Source: Isurus oxyrinchus (taxonomy: Eukaryota). Taken from it: a stretch of DNA of 64,000 bases. Below, piece by piece: positions 1 to 11,349 of this stretch (position 1 is the first letter of the stretch; each line of letters opens with the position of its first letter). A model generated the notes under the pieces. That model worked only from the letters and a program-made list of their open reading frames with translations, searched no databases and had not been told where the DNA came from. The position numbers were made by a program, and so were the translations under genes. The stretch is from NCBI GenBank assembly GCA_026770705.1, contig JANJGN010000646.1:248001-312000 (forward strand). The letters run 5' to 3'.

Positions 1-520
1 TACTTGTTATTTCTCAGCCCAAGCTGAGTGTTGCTCAGCTCTTGCTGCGTGTGGATATGTAAACTGTCACGCTGTAATTACAGCCTTCCACCAGAGGAGA
101 CACTGTCGGGCTAGAAGAAAAGAAAATGTCTTTCACATCATCAGGATGTTCACAGGGATTTGACAGTGGAGGAATTGCTTTAGAATAATGGGGTATTGAG
201 TGATAAACCTACAATTCTCTGTGCAGGGGGCTGCTCGTCCAATACAGGGTCTTGTTCAGCTGATGTCGTCAGTGTTTCAGAGCAGAATCTGGAGCAACGC
301 TCCAGTGCAGCACAGGGAGAACAGACAACACACACATGTCGGTGTGTGTGAGCAAGCACACGTGTGATTCTGTATGTATGCTTCTGTGTGTGAGCATACA
401 GGCGTGCACACCTGTGCACATGTGGGATTGCACATGAATGCTTGTTTGTATGCATGTGTGTATGTGTATGTGTGTGTGTGTGAATATGTGAGAGTGATGT
501 TGAAGTTTGCTTTAACTCAC

Positions 521-802
521 GTTCCACAGTGATGGTTATGAACCCCTCCACTGCTCCATGTTCATTCTCTGCCACACACTGATAGTCTCCAGTGTCCCTG
601 GATGTAACGTGAGGAAACACCAACCACAGCTCATTGTTGGAACTTGTTCTGTTCATTGTGACATTAAGATGTCGCCACGTCAGGTTAGAAGCTGGGAAGC
701 TCTCGACAGAGCAGATTATCACTGCAGAATTCTCCTCAATTATATTGACCGATGAAGCGTTAATCATATCAAGAGAATTAATTGAGAGATTCTGTGGTCC
801 AT
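521..802 (-). CDS. Gene A C2-set exon; the gene continues beyond the left edge
   Basis: 282 nt, phase 1-1; paralogue of 43930-44211. Confidence 0.9.
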
Positions 803-1229
803 CTAAAAATATATAAAGATTTTAATGTGAGCAAACACAGTGCACAGCAAAACTTCCTGTATCATCTCGCTGTAACTGATGCCTGTGTGCATTTCTAGGC
901 ACCTTCTCTCAAGATAAATTCCTATGTCACATTTACAATGGGCACTGCCTATGTAAACTGTCACACTGCAGGAGCATTCTCCCACCAGAGACCCTGCCCA
1001 TCCAGATTTAAAGAAACTGCCTTTCACATCCTCAGAATGTCCCCAAGGGCTTGACAGGCAATGAATTGTATTTGATTGATGGAGCACTGAGGGGTAAATC
1101 TACAATTCTCTGTTCAGGAGGTTGCTCATCCAATTCAGGGTCTTGTTGATCTGGAGTTTACCTTCCTTCAACACAGAATCGGAGCTGACACCGAGACTCC
1201 AGTGCAGCACTGAGTGAGGAGAGGGAGCT

Positions 1230-1565
1230 CACATGTGTGTATGTGTGTGTGTTTGTGTTTCTGCACAAGTGAGTGTGTTTGTGTGTGTGTATGTGTGTGT
1301 TTGTGTTTCTGCACNNNNNNNNNNNNNNNNNNNNNNNNNNNNNNNNNNNNNNNNNNNNNNNNNNNNNNNNNNNNNNNNNNNNNNNNNNNNNNNNNNNNNN
1401 NNNNNNNNNNNNNNNNNNNNNNNNNNNNNNNNNNNNNNNNNNATGTGCGTGCTTACGTGTGTGTGCGTATGTGCGTGTGTGTGTGTGCGTGTGTGTGTTG
1501 TGTGTGTGCACGTGTGCGTGTGAATGTGCGTGCTTACATGTGTGTGTGTGTCTGTTGGTGTGTGT
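1230..1565. repeat. Compound (TG)n microsatellite containing an N gap at 1315-1442
   Basis: Directly visible. The paralogous microsatellite and gap are at about 44625-45010 (N 44627-44878). Others lie at about 23012-23210 and 24060-24305. Confidence 0.95.
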
Positions 1566-1624
1566 CTGGTCTGTGTAACCTGTAAACCTAACCCTTCCAC
1601 ACTGATGGTCACGAACACCCCCCA

Positions 1625-2620
1625 CTACCAACAAATTTATCTCAGTAAGGAACATGGCACTGCCAACCTCGTCAATACCATCTTCTAAACGGGGGATTGG
1701 GTAGGAATCTGGTTTTATTGCTGCATTAACCTTTCTGTAATCTATGCAGAATCTGGTTAGAAATGAAATACCTGCTCCTTTTTACCTCCCTCCCTACGAT
1801 GGTATCGTTTTAACATATTGATGTGTCACAGCCGATTCTTTATTCTACAATCTGGGGTGTCTATCAAATAATTTACTTGACCAACCCTCCTAATTACCTT
1901 GTGGGGACCACTGAACCGCGCTTTCAGAGGCTCCCCCTGCCAAGGCAATGATACTAACACGTCATCCCCCTGGTTGTGATGTTCGGGTCACAGCTTGCCT
2001 GTCTGCCCCATTCCTTCATCTCTGTTTGAGAAACTATAAGATGTTCTTGTGCCACTTTGGAGGCTCCCATGAGCCGTTCCTGAAACGTGGACACATCATC
2101 TGAAATCCCTCTGTCCGGAATATCTTTCTTTGATGTATTTCAGACAGCCTCTTATCTCGTATCCATAAGTTATTCCAAAAAGACTAAAACCTGCCGATTC
2201 AGTTGGTGAATCTCGTGTGGGAAATACAAGAAAATCCAGAGCTTTGTCCCAGTCATGGGGAGTTCATGACAATAGCTTCAATCATTGTTTTGAGGGTTTG
2301 TTGGTCCCTCTCTAAAGATCCCTGTGTCTATGGATGATATGCTGTGGACTTTAACTGTTTTATACCCAAATTACTCATTATGTTCGGAAAATTTTAAGAC
2401 ATAGAGATGGAACCTTGATCTGACTGGATCTCCAGCGGTAATCCATAATGGGTAAAAAATTGGGTTAACTTCCCTAATACTACTTTAGCTGTAATTGTTC
2501 CTAAAGGGATGGTCTCTGGAAATCGAGTTGTCATATCCATCATAGTGAGGCCATACTGGAGTCCGGCTTTCATTTTCGATAATGGTCTAACACAGTCCAC
2601 TCATGCTCGTATCCAATGGT
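1625..2620 (-). mobile_element. Gypsy (Gmr1-like) pol fragment: integrase followed by RT; copy at about 45065-46075
   Basis: Integrase core ...MDMTTRFPETIPL...GLPLEIQSDQGS at 2400-2600, then RT motif RFCIDYRKVNAAIKPDSYPIPRLED at about 1680-1755. Confidence 0.75.
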
Positions 2621-2759
2621 AACGGACAATTAGCTCACTGGAGGAGGGGAATCCACAAATATCCCCATCCTCAATGAAGGGGGAGCCCAGCACATCAGGG
2701 CAAAAGATAAGGCTGAAGCATTTGCTACAACAATTATCCATTTCTGTCTGGCGTAAAAA

Positions 2760-4800
2760 TAAATCAGGAAATGGTGCTCAACCAGGGCTTACAAAAGAAA
2801 TTAGGGATAGTATTAGATCCAGAGAGGAGACATAAAATTGCCAGGGGAAGCAGCAATGCTGAGGATTGGGAGCAGTTTAGAATTCAGCAAAAGTGGACAA
2901 AAAGATTGATCAAGAAGGGGAAAATGGAACATGGGAGTAAACTTGCAGGGAACGTAAAAACCGACTGTAAAAGCTTCTATAAATATGTGAAGAGAGAAAG
3001 ATTAGCAGTGACCGATGTAGGTTCCTTGCAGTCAGAAATGGGGGAAATTCTAATGAGAAACAAAGAAATGGCAGAAGAACTGAACATATATTTTGGTTCT
3101 GTCTTCACAAAAGAGGACACAAATAATTTCCCAGGAATGTTAGGGAACCAAGTGTCTAGTGAGAGGGAGGAATTGAAGATAATCAGGATTAGTTTTAAAA
3201 AATGGAGCTGGAGAGATTAATGGGTTAAAGGTTGAACAGTCCCCAGGGCCTGAAAATCTACATCCCAGAGACTAACGGAAGTGACCCTGGAAATATTGGA
3301 AGCACTGGTGGTCATCCTCCAAAATTCTATAGGCTCTGGAGCAGTTCCTATAGATTGGAGGGTGGCAATTGTAACTCCACTATTTAAAATAGAAGGGAGA
3401 GAAAAAAACTGGGAATTACAGACCAGTTAGTCTAACATGGGGAAAACGCTAGAGCCTATTATATAAGGTGTGCTAACGGAACGCTTGGAAAGCTTTAATG
3501 GGATTCGACAAAATCAGCATGGGTTAATGAAAGGAAAATCATGCTTAACTAATCTACTGGAGATTTTGAGGATGTAACTTGTGGAATAGATAAGGGATAA
3601 CCAGTGGATGTGGTGTTTTTAGATTTCAAGAAGGCTTTTGATAAGGTCCCACATAAGAGGCTAGTGGGCAACATTAAAGCCCATGGGATTGGGGGTAATT
3701 TACTGGCATGGATTGAGAATTGGTCAACAGACAGGAAACAGAGGGTCAGAATAAATTAGTCTTTATCTGAGTGGCAGGCAGTGACTAGTGGTGTACCACA
3801 GGGATCCGTGCTTGGGACCTAACTATTCACGATATATTTAAATGACTTGGGTGAGGGAGCCAAGTGCAATATTTCCAGGTTTTCTGATGACACAACGCTG
3901 GGTAAGGGTGTGAGCTGTGAGGAGGATGCAAAGAGACTTCAAGGCGATTTAGACATGTTGTGTGTGTGGGCAAACACATGGCAGATGATGTGGATGAATG
4001 TGACATTGTAGGCTTTGGTGTGAAAAACAGAAAGGCAGAGTATTATTTAAATGGTGATATAATGGGAAATGTGGATGTACAAAGGGATCTGGGTGTCCTT
4101 GTGCACTAGCCAATGAAAGTAAACAGGCAGGTGCAGCAAGTAATTTGGAAGGCAAATGGTATGTTGGCCTTCATTGCAAGAGGATTTGTGTTCAGGAGTA
4201 GGGATGTCTTACTGCAGTTATACAAGGTCTTGGTGAGACTGCACATGGGGTACTACGTGCCGTTTTGGTCTCCCTCCCTAAAAAAGGATAGACTTGCCGT
4301 CAAGAGAGCGCAGAGAAGGTTCTCTAGGCTGATACCAGGGGCGGCAGGACTGTCGTATGAGGAGAATTGGTACGACTGGGTCTGTATTCACTAGAGTTTA
4401 GAAGAATGAGAGGAGACCTGAATAAACGTAAGAAATTCTAACAGAGATAGACAGACTGGATGGAGGGAGGATGCATCCCTTGGTTGGGGAGTCTAAAACC
4501 AAGGGCGACAATCTCAGGATACAGGGCAGGCCATTTTGGACTGAGATAGGGAAACATTTCTTCACTCAGAGGGTGGTCAATCTGTGGAATTCTCCATCAC
4601 AGAGGCTGTGGAGGCCGGGTCACTGAGTGTATTCAAGAAAGAAACTGATAAATATTTTGATATTAGGGGCATCAAAGAGTACGGAGAGAAAGCGGGAATA
4701 AGGCTTTGAGATAGAGGGTCAGCCTTGATCATATTGAATGGCGGAGAAGGCTTGAAGGGCTGAATGTCCTAATCCTGCTCCTAGTTTCTATGTACCTAGG
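2760..4800 (+). mobile_element. CR1-clade LINE, 5'-truncated and degenerate; copy at about 46215-48250
   Basis: Broken ORF2 motifs (KSFYKYVK, AEELNIYFGSVFTKED, VDVVFLDFKKAFDKVPH, KANGMLAFIARG) and a CR1-type 3' end. Confidence 0.9.
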
Positions 4801-5165
4801 TATCTATAGAACTATCTCTCTCCGTGTTCTATTCTCATGTGACCTTGAGTAACTGATGATAAATACTATCTATTTACATTGTTAATATTAAACTTTTATA
4901 CTACATCTCCCCCAAAATCTTTGACATCAATGAAGACAATATTTATATTATCCTATATTGTCTTTTAAGTTCAACCTTGGCCCCCTCTGCCCTATCAGGT
5001 AGGCATAAACAATCCCAAGGCTCAATACAGGAAGAGCTCTCCCTGGTCAATATCACTAATAAAAAAGGACCTGTTTTGTCTTCAACCCAGTGATGTTTGT
5101 GGGATCTTGCTCTGCACATTGTATCCTATTACAGCTAATATAGAATGAAGGGAATCCATACTTAC

Positions 5166-5462
5166 ATTTTACAGTTAGCATAAGGGTCTGCTCTGATGAA
5201 ACAGATGGATATCTCACTCTGCAGCTGAGAGTGTGTCCGTGGTGTTTGAGTGATGGGATCAGGGTCAGAACAGAAGTATAGGTCAGAGTGACACCATGCT
5301 GAGTTACAGTGTTTGAGACTGATCCAGGTACGTCAGTGGGAGTGTCCCAGGTTAAGACAGGTGCTGCTGTTCCATTGCACGTTGTGTTGAAGGTGCAGCT
5401 TACATCCACACGCTTTCCTGCAATAATTTCAGCAGGGAATATCATGGGTTTATCTGTGAAAT
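5166..5462 (-). CDS. Gene A C2-set exon (domain-2 type)
   Basis: 297 nt, phase 1-1; paralogue of 48618-48914. Confidence 0.9.
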
Positions 5463-6275
5463 CTAACAGACAGAGAATGGATCCTTTTAGAGAAATATAA
5501 CATGAAGCATCAGTTTAAATAGAAAGCACAGTCCCACAAGAGAAAGCAATTTTACAAGGATGATATCAGATCTGAGAGGTTACAATGATCAGGAGAGAAT
5601 TTCCTATTTTCAGACTTAGTGGAATTTCTGTCTCTCAGATGAATTCACTTCCACTTTGAGACAATTGAATTGACAATCCCAGGTGAGGGCGGGGGAGCAG
5701 CTCACAGTTCCTGACACACTGGCTTGTTACTTTCTCTGAAATCTGCCAGATTTAAATTCTATCCTGTCGCCACCAGGAGAGAATCCATTTGAACCAATCA
5801 CTGAACCGGCATCTAAAGCAGATGATCAGGTTATTGATCACATTGCTGTTTCTGGGAGCTTCCTGTGCACAAATTGGCTGCTGTGTTTCCTATATTACAA
5901 CAAGGGTTACATTTCAAGAATTATTTCAATGGTTGTGAATCCATTTGCGACGTCCAGAGGTGTTGAAAGGCGCTATAGAAATGCAAATCTTTCATTTGTT
6001 GATATGTAAGAATTTTAAACAGGATTAGGGAGATTGATGTAAGTGGATAACCTGATAACATTGATGGACACAGTCAATACATTTAATCATTGATATTAAA
6101 GTGATTATTAGAGGTTGTTTTAGGACTGAACTGGAAGCTATTAGCAGGTTATTGAGAATCAGACAGCGTGTTATAATAAGCTGTGTTTTGTGTTAATATG
6201 TAAACGTCACAGTTTGCGTTATTTCCCATTGAGTGTTGAATGTGAATTGTTGAGTAATTATAACACAGCACTTAC

Positions 6276-6644
6276 CAGAAACGTGAAGCTGGGTTACAGG
6301 GTAATAGTTATGGCTCGGACCATTGTCAAATTCTATTCTGAAAAAATAAGGTCCTGCATCTTCCCGTCTGATGTTGTTTATAATCAGGGAACAGTCGCCA
6401 TCTTTCAGGTCTCCAGACAGCCGGGTCCGATGGCGGAACCGTGGTAACTCGTGACTGTGATCCTTGGAGTAAAAGGCAATGGGAGCCCAGGAAATCTGTT
6501 CCTCATTATTAAACCAGACTCCACCTCGCGGTTGGTTTTCCAGACACGATGGATAACTGTAATGACACGGAATCAGTACACACGAATCTTCCTGCGCTGT
6601 CACCTCTCGTGGAGTGTCACCTTTCCACTCTTGTGAGGGTTCAG
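6276..6644 (-). CDS. Gene A V-set exon 2 (Arg intact)
   Basis: 369 nt, phase 1-1; SCVLIPCHYSYPSC...GDCSL...YFFRIEF. Confidence 0.9.
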
Positions 6645-6699
6645 CTGGGGAGAGAAATATCAATATTTAACTCTGGATGGTTTGTGGATCCACTAGACT

Positions 6700-7495
6700 C
6701 AAAATTTACTGATGAGGCTGAATTGGGGGGATGGTCAATACTGAGGAGAATGGCAACAAATTATTTTGGCAGGAAGAATAGAAAAACAGGATATTATTTA
6801 AATGGAGACAGGATGCAGAATGCAGTACAGAGGGATCTGGGTGTCCTTGTACATGAATCACAGAAAGTCAGCATTCAGGAACACCACGGAATGAGGAAGG
6901 CAAGTGGAATGTTGGCCTTTATTGCAAAGGGATGGAGTATAAAAGGAGGGAAGTCTTGCAACAGCTGCACAGGGCGTTAGTGAGATTGTAACAGGATCAT
7001 TGTGTACAGGCAGTTCAGAGAAGCTTCACTGGGCTGATTCCTGGGATTAAAGGGTTTGTCCTGTGAGGAAATGTTGAGCAGGTTGGGCCTGTATCCATTG
7101 GAGTTTAGAAGAATGAGGGGTGACCTTATTGAAACATATCCGATTCCGAGGGGGCTTGACAGGGTGGATGCTGGGAGGATGTTTCCCCCTCGTGGGGGAA
7201 TCTAGAACCAGGGAGCACAGTTTCGGAATGAGGCCTCTCCCATTTAAGACTGAGATGAGGAGGAATTTCCTCTCTCAGAGGGGCGCTAGCCTGTGGAATT
7301 CTCTTCCCCAGAGAGCAGTGGAGGCTGGGCCATTGAATAGACTCAAGGCTGAGTGAGGCAGGTTTTTGATCGACAAGGGAGTCAAGGGTTTGGGGGACAG
7401 GCAGGAGAATGGAGTTAAGGCCACAACCAGATCAGTGAGAGCAGGCTTGAGGGGCCGAATGGCCTGCTCCTGTCCCTATTTCTTATGTTCCTACA
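6700..7495 (+). mobile_element. CR1 LINE 3' fragment; copies at about 50150-50990 and 53715-54545
   Basis: QRDLGVLVHES...KASGMLAFIA and RRNFLSQR...LWNSLPQRAVEA motifs. Confidence 0.85.
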
Positions 7496-7569
7496 TTCAT
7501 ACCATCTTAAAATATTAAAGCTGCAGAATAAACATGCAAGTGACTGACCCGCTCGACCCACCTTCCATC

Positions 7570-8560
7570 AGGGGCTGGAGGAGGTTACACTGATAGGGAG
7601 GTTTGTGGGGGCTGTAGGAGGTAACAGAGATAGGGAGGGCTGTAGATACTGGAGGAGGTTACGCAGAGAGGGAGGGTGGTAGGACCTGGAGGAGGTTGCA
7701 GAGATAGGGAGGGCTGTAGGGATTTGAGGAGTTTATGGAGATGGGGAGCGTGTAGGGACTGGAGGAGGCTGCAAGGGCAGAGAGGGTTTTAGGGTCTGGA
7801 GGAGTTTACAGGGGTAGGAAGAGTTGTAGGGGCTGGACGGATTGCAGAGGTAGGGAGGCTTGGAAAGGCTGGTGGAGGTTTCAGAGGTAGGGAAGGTTGC
7901 AGGGACTGGAGGAGTTTACAGAGATGGGGGAGTTTTTGGGGCAGGATGGGGTTACAGAGATAGGGAGGGTTGTAAGGGCAGGACGAGGTTACATAGATAT
8001 GGAGTGTGGCTGGGGCTGAGGGAGGCTACAGAGATAGGGAGGGTTATAATGGCTGGAGGAGGTTACAGAGATAAAGGAAACTCTTAGGGACTGGAGGAGG
8101 TTACAGAGATAGGGAGGGTTGTAGTGGGCTGGAGGAGGTTACAGAAATATGAAGGGTTGTAAGAGATGGACCAGCTTACAGAGATAGGGAGAGGTATTCG
8201 GTCTGGAGGAGGTTGCAGAGATAGGGGAGGTTGTTAGGACTGGAGGAGGCAACAAATATCGCGAGGGTTATTGGGGCTTGAGGAGGTTAAAGAGATAGGG
8301 AGGGGTGTTGGGTCCGGAGGAGTTTGCAGTGATAGGAATGGTTTTCGGGATTGGAAGAGAGTACTGAGATAGGAGGGTTGTAGGGACTGGAGGAGTCTCC
8401 TGAGATAGGGAGGGTTGTAGGGACTGGAGGAGGCTCCTGAGATAGGGAGGGTTGTAGGGACTGGAGGAGGCTCCTGAGATAGAGAGGGTTGTAGGGACTG
8501 GAGGAGGCTCCTGAGATAGGGAATGTTGCCGTGGATGAAGATAAAGGAGGAGATTACTGT
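7570..8560. repeat. Approximately 37-bp purine-rich minisatellite
   Basis: GGACTGGAGGAGGTTACAGAGATAGGGAGGGTTGTAG-type units. Copies at about 51065-52040 and 54625-55600, and reversed at about 41990-42400. Confidence 0.9.
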
Positions 8561-8874
8561 AATAGGGAGGTGGTAAATTGCGCTGCAGAAATGCACATCT
8601 TTCTTTTATCGATACGTCAGACTTTTAAACAGGACAGGAGAGATTGATGGGAGTGGTAACCTGATAATACAGTTAATGTTCATCATCATTGATATTAAAG
8701 TGAGTATTAGACGTTGCTTTAGGACTGAACTGGAAGCCATCACCAGGTTATTGAGAATCAGACAATGTGTTAAAATAAGCTGTGTTTTGTGTTAATATGT
8801 AAACATCACAGTTTGTGTTATTTCCCATTGAGTGTTGAATGTGAATTGTTGAGTAATTATAACATAGCACTTAC

Positions 8875-9242
8875 CAGAAACGTGAAGCTGGGTTACAGGA
8901 TAATAGTTGTGGCTCCGACCATTGTCAAATTCTATTCTGAAAAAAAAAAATCCTGCATCTCCCCGTCTGATGTTGTTTATAATCAGGGAACATCACCATC
9001 TTTCAGGTCTCCAGACAGCCGGGTCCGATGGTGGAACCGTGGTAACTCGTGACTGGGATCCTTGGAGTGAAAGGCTGTAGACAATGTATTCCATTTGTCC
9101 CTCCTCATATTCCAGATTCCGACACGTGTTTTCTCTAACAAATGTGATGGGTAATTGTAATGACATGGAATCTGTACACATGAACCTTCCTGCGCTGTCA
9201 CCTCTCGTGGAGTGTTACTTTCCCATTCTTGTGACAGTCCAA
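8875..9242 (-). pseudogene. Gene A V-set exon 1, frameshifted
   Basis: 368 nt. A 1-nt deletion near 8992 turns GDCSL into GDVP*. Splice sites are intact, and downstream the original frame still reads GFFFFRIEF. Confidence 0.8.
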
Positions 9243-9869
9243 CTGGGGAGAGAAATATCAATATTTAAATCTGGATAATTTGTAGATCCACTAGACTCGA
9301 TATCCACTCCCTCCATCACTGGGGCACAGTGGCTGCAGTGTGGACCATCTACAGGACACACATGGAACTCCCCAAGGTTTCACAACGGATGGAAGGGAAT
9401 CCTGGACACAGGAGTTGACAAGGTCATTCTACATTGGCTCATGGTCCTCAGGACCCTGTTTGTGCACAAGCCTGCTATCCAACAGAACTGAAGTTGGGGA
9501 AAATCCATTTGGAATTCCACTGTCCAGGGCATTGGGTTAACTTGCTGAGTTTGTTTTAAATCTTACATCTATTTTTGGTCTGTTGCTTTAAAATGAGTGT
9601 AACTGGGGATCAGGTTAATTAGGAATTCGAGGAGTTATTATAACAGTCATTGTAGTCTTATGTATGTGCTTGAAATCTTTTATTTTGATGACAAATATTT
9701 TAATTTATTTTTTAATTCTCTAATTTTCTTGGTGGACTTATTGCTTCTGAATTCAGTGCACACATCTCATAATAAATACAAATTGCAAAATCATTATGAT
9801 AGTGTGACCACCTTTCTCTCATGGACTTGGTCTGCCTGGCACACATCACCTGCCAAGTGATAACACTAT

Positions 9870-11161
9870 TGTAATATGCCTTTCAGGGATAGCAGCATGA
9901 CATCACTCGAGGGGAAGTGTGTCATGTGATCTATAGGAACGGCGGATGGCTTAAGTCAGTTCTATGTGTCTATTTGTGTGTTAGGCATAAGGTCTATCTT
10001 TAAGTTCAAGTTTAGTTTGTATTTTTGTGTTTAGGTGTTTTGAAAAGATAGAATTTGACTTTAAAAGAAGCCAGCATTCCTTTGAGGTTTTATGACTGTT
10101 GAAGGGAAGTCAAAACAAATACAAGGTGTAAGAAACTGTGCTGTTGCCTAGCAACAGTGATCCAGAGGGAGGGAACCACAGAGACAGAGAAAAACAGAAA
10201 AGTACTTTCAGTTCAGTTGAAAGGAGTTGCCAGGAGAAGCAGCAAAGGAGCGGGACAGATAGTCAGTCCCAAAGTAAAGATGAAGCCAAAACCATCGAGT
10301 GGAACAGGAGAAAGGGCCCAAGAAAACCTTCTCGTCAAATCTGGAAAAGGCCCTGTAAAGTGAAGTTAAGAGTGAGGAGCAGAAGAAGGCTTCAAGCATA
10401 AAGGGAGAAAGCAGCAGGACACAGGCCTAAAGCAAAATAGGCTTGCGAGAAGCCAGAAGATCCTGGGAGACACCACAGGTTGGTGACTCATTACTACGGC
10501 CATGTGAAGCCATGGTGTTCCATTGACACGGCTGAGCATTGGAGAGACAGGGCGTGGAAGGAAGGCTGAATGCACGTGGCGATCCAGGGGGCAGGAACAT
10601 GGGAAGGAGAGTTTGAAATAGTGAAAGTGGACCCTTGTGGAAGGTGTCTGAGTGAAAGTGTCATGTTGGAGGAGATTCCAAAGAGAGTTCTTGGAGAGTG
10701 GAGATTGGAAACTCTCATATGAAAGAAGCTTTTCAGTGAGACTGGTTGGCTCACAGTGTAACAAGCGTCTGGGGACAGATGAGACATAGAAGTTGTTTCA
10801 AGTGGGCTCTGCCACTTGCTTTCAGAATGTTGTGTCCCTGACCACAGGTCGTCTATTGGTTTACACGGACTGTGTACTTAGTGTGAACATGAGAATATAA
10901 GATAGTTATCGTAATTTGTGTTCTACTTATGTATCTGTAAAGGTATAGTTCTGGGTGAAGGAGTAATGTCATATAGCTTGTCTTTCCTAGTTTAATAAAT
11001 GTTTTATTCTTTTGTTAGACGTTCATCAGATGACTCCTGTGACTCTGTTCAGTAGCCGCACTCCACATTCCAAAATAAAAAATAAAAGTTAGGACCTATC
11101 AAGCTGAGCTCCACCCTGGGATCTGACTTGCCCAGTAGTAACATCAGCTGGGATGATAACA
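9870..11161 (+). mobile_element. Solo-LTR-like element; copy at 57856-59145
   Basis: TGT...ACA termini, internal AATAAA near 10995, no coding motifs; target-site duplication imperfect. Confidence 0.5.
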
Positions 11162-11349
11162 CCATCCAGTCCAAGTTTCACTTTGGCCTGTGAGCAGAAC
11201 ACAGCTCACACAGTTTGGCTGCAGGTGTCTCCCAGTTTCTATCCTTGTGTATCTGTTCTCATGTCACTATTCTAAATAAATGAATCCACAATGTATTTAC
11301 CTAATTCCGTATCAGTGGCTGGTGCCTTTATATCATTATAAAAACACAA

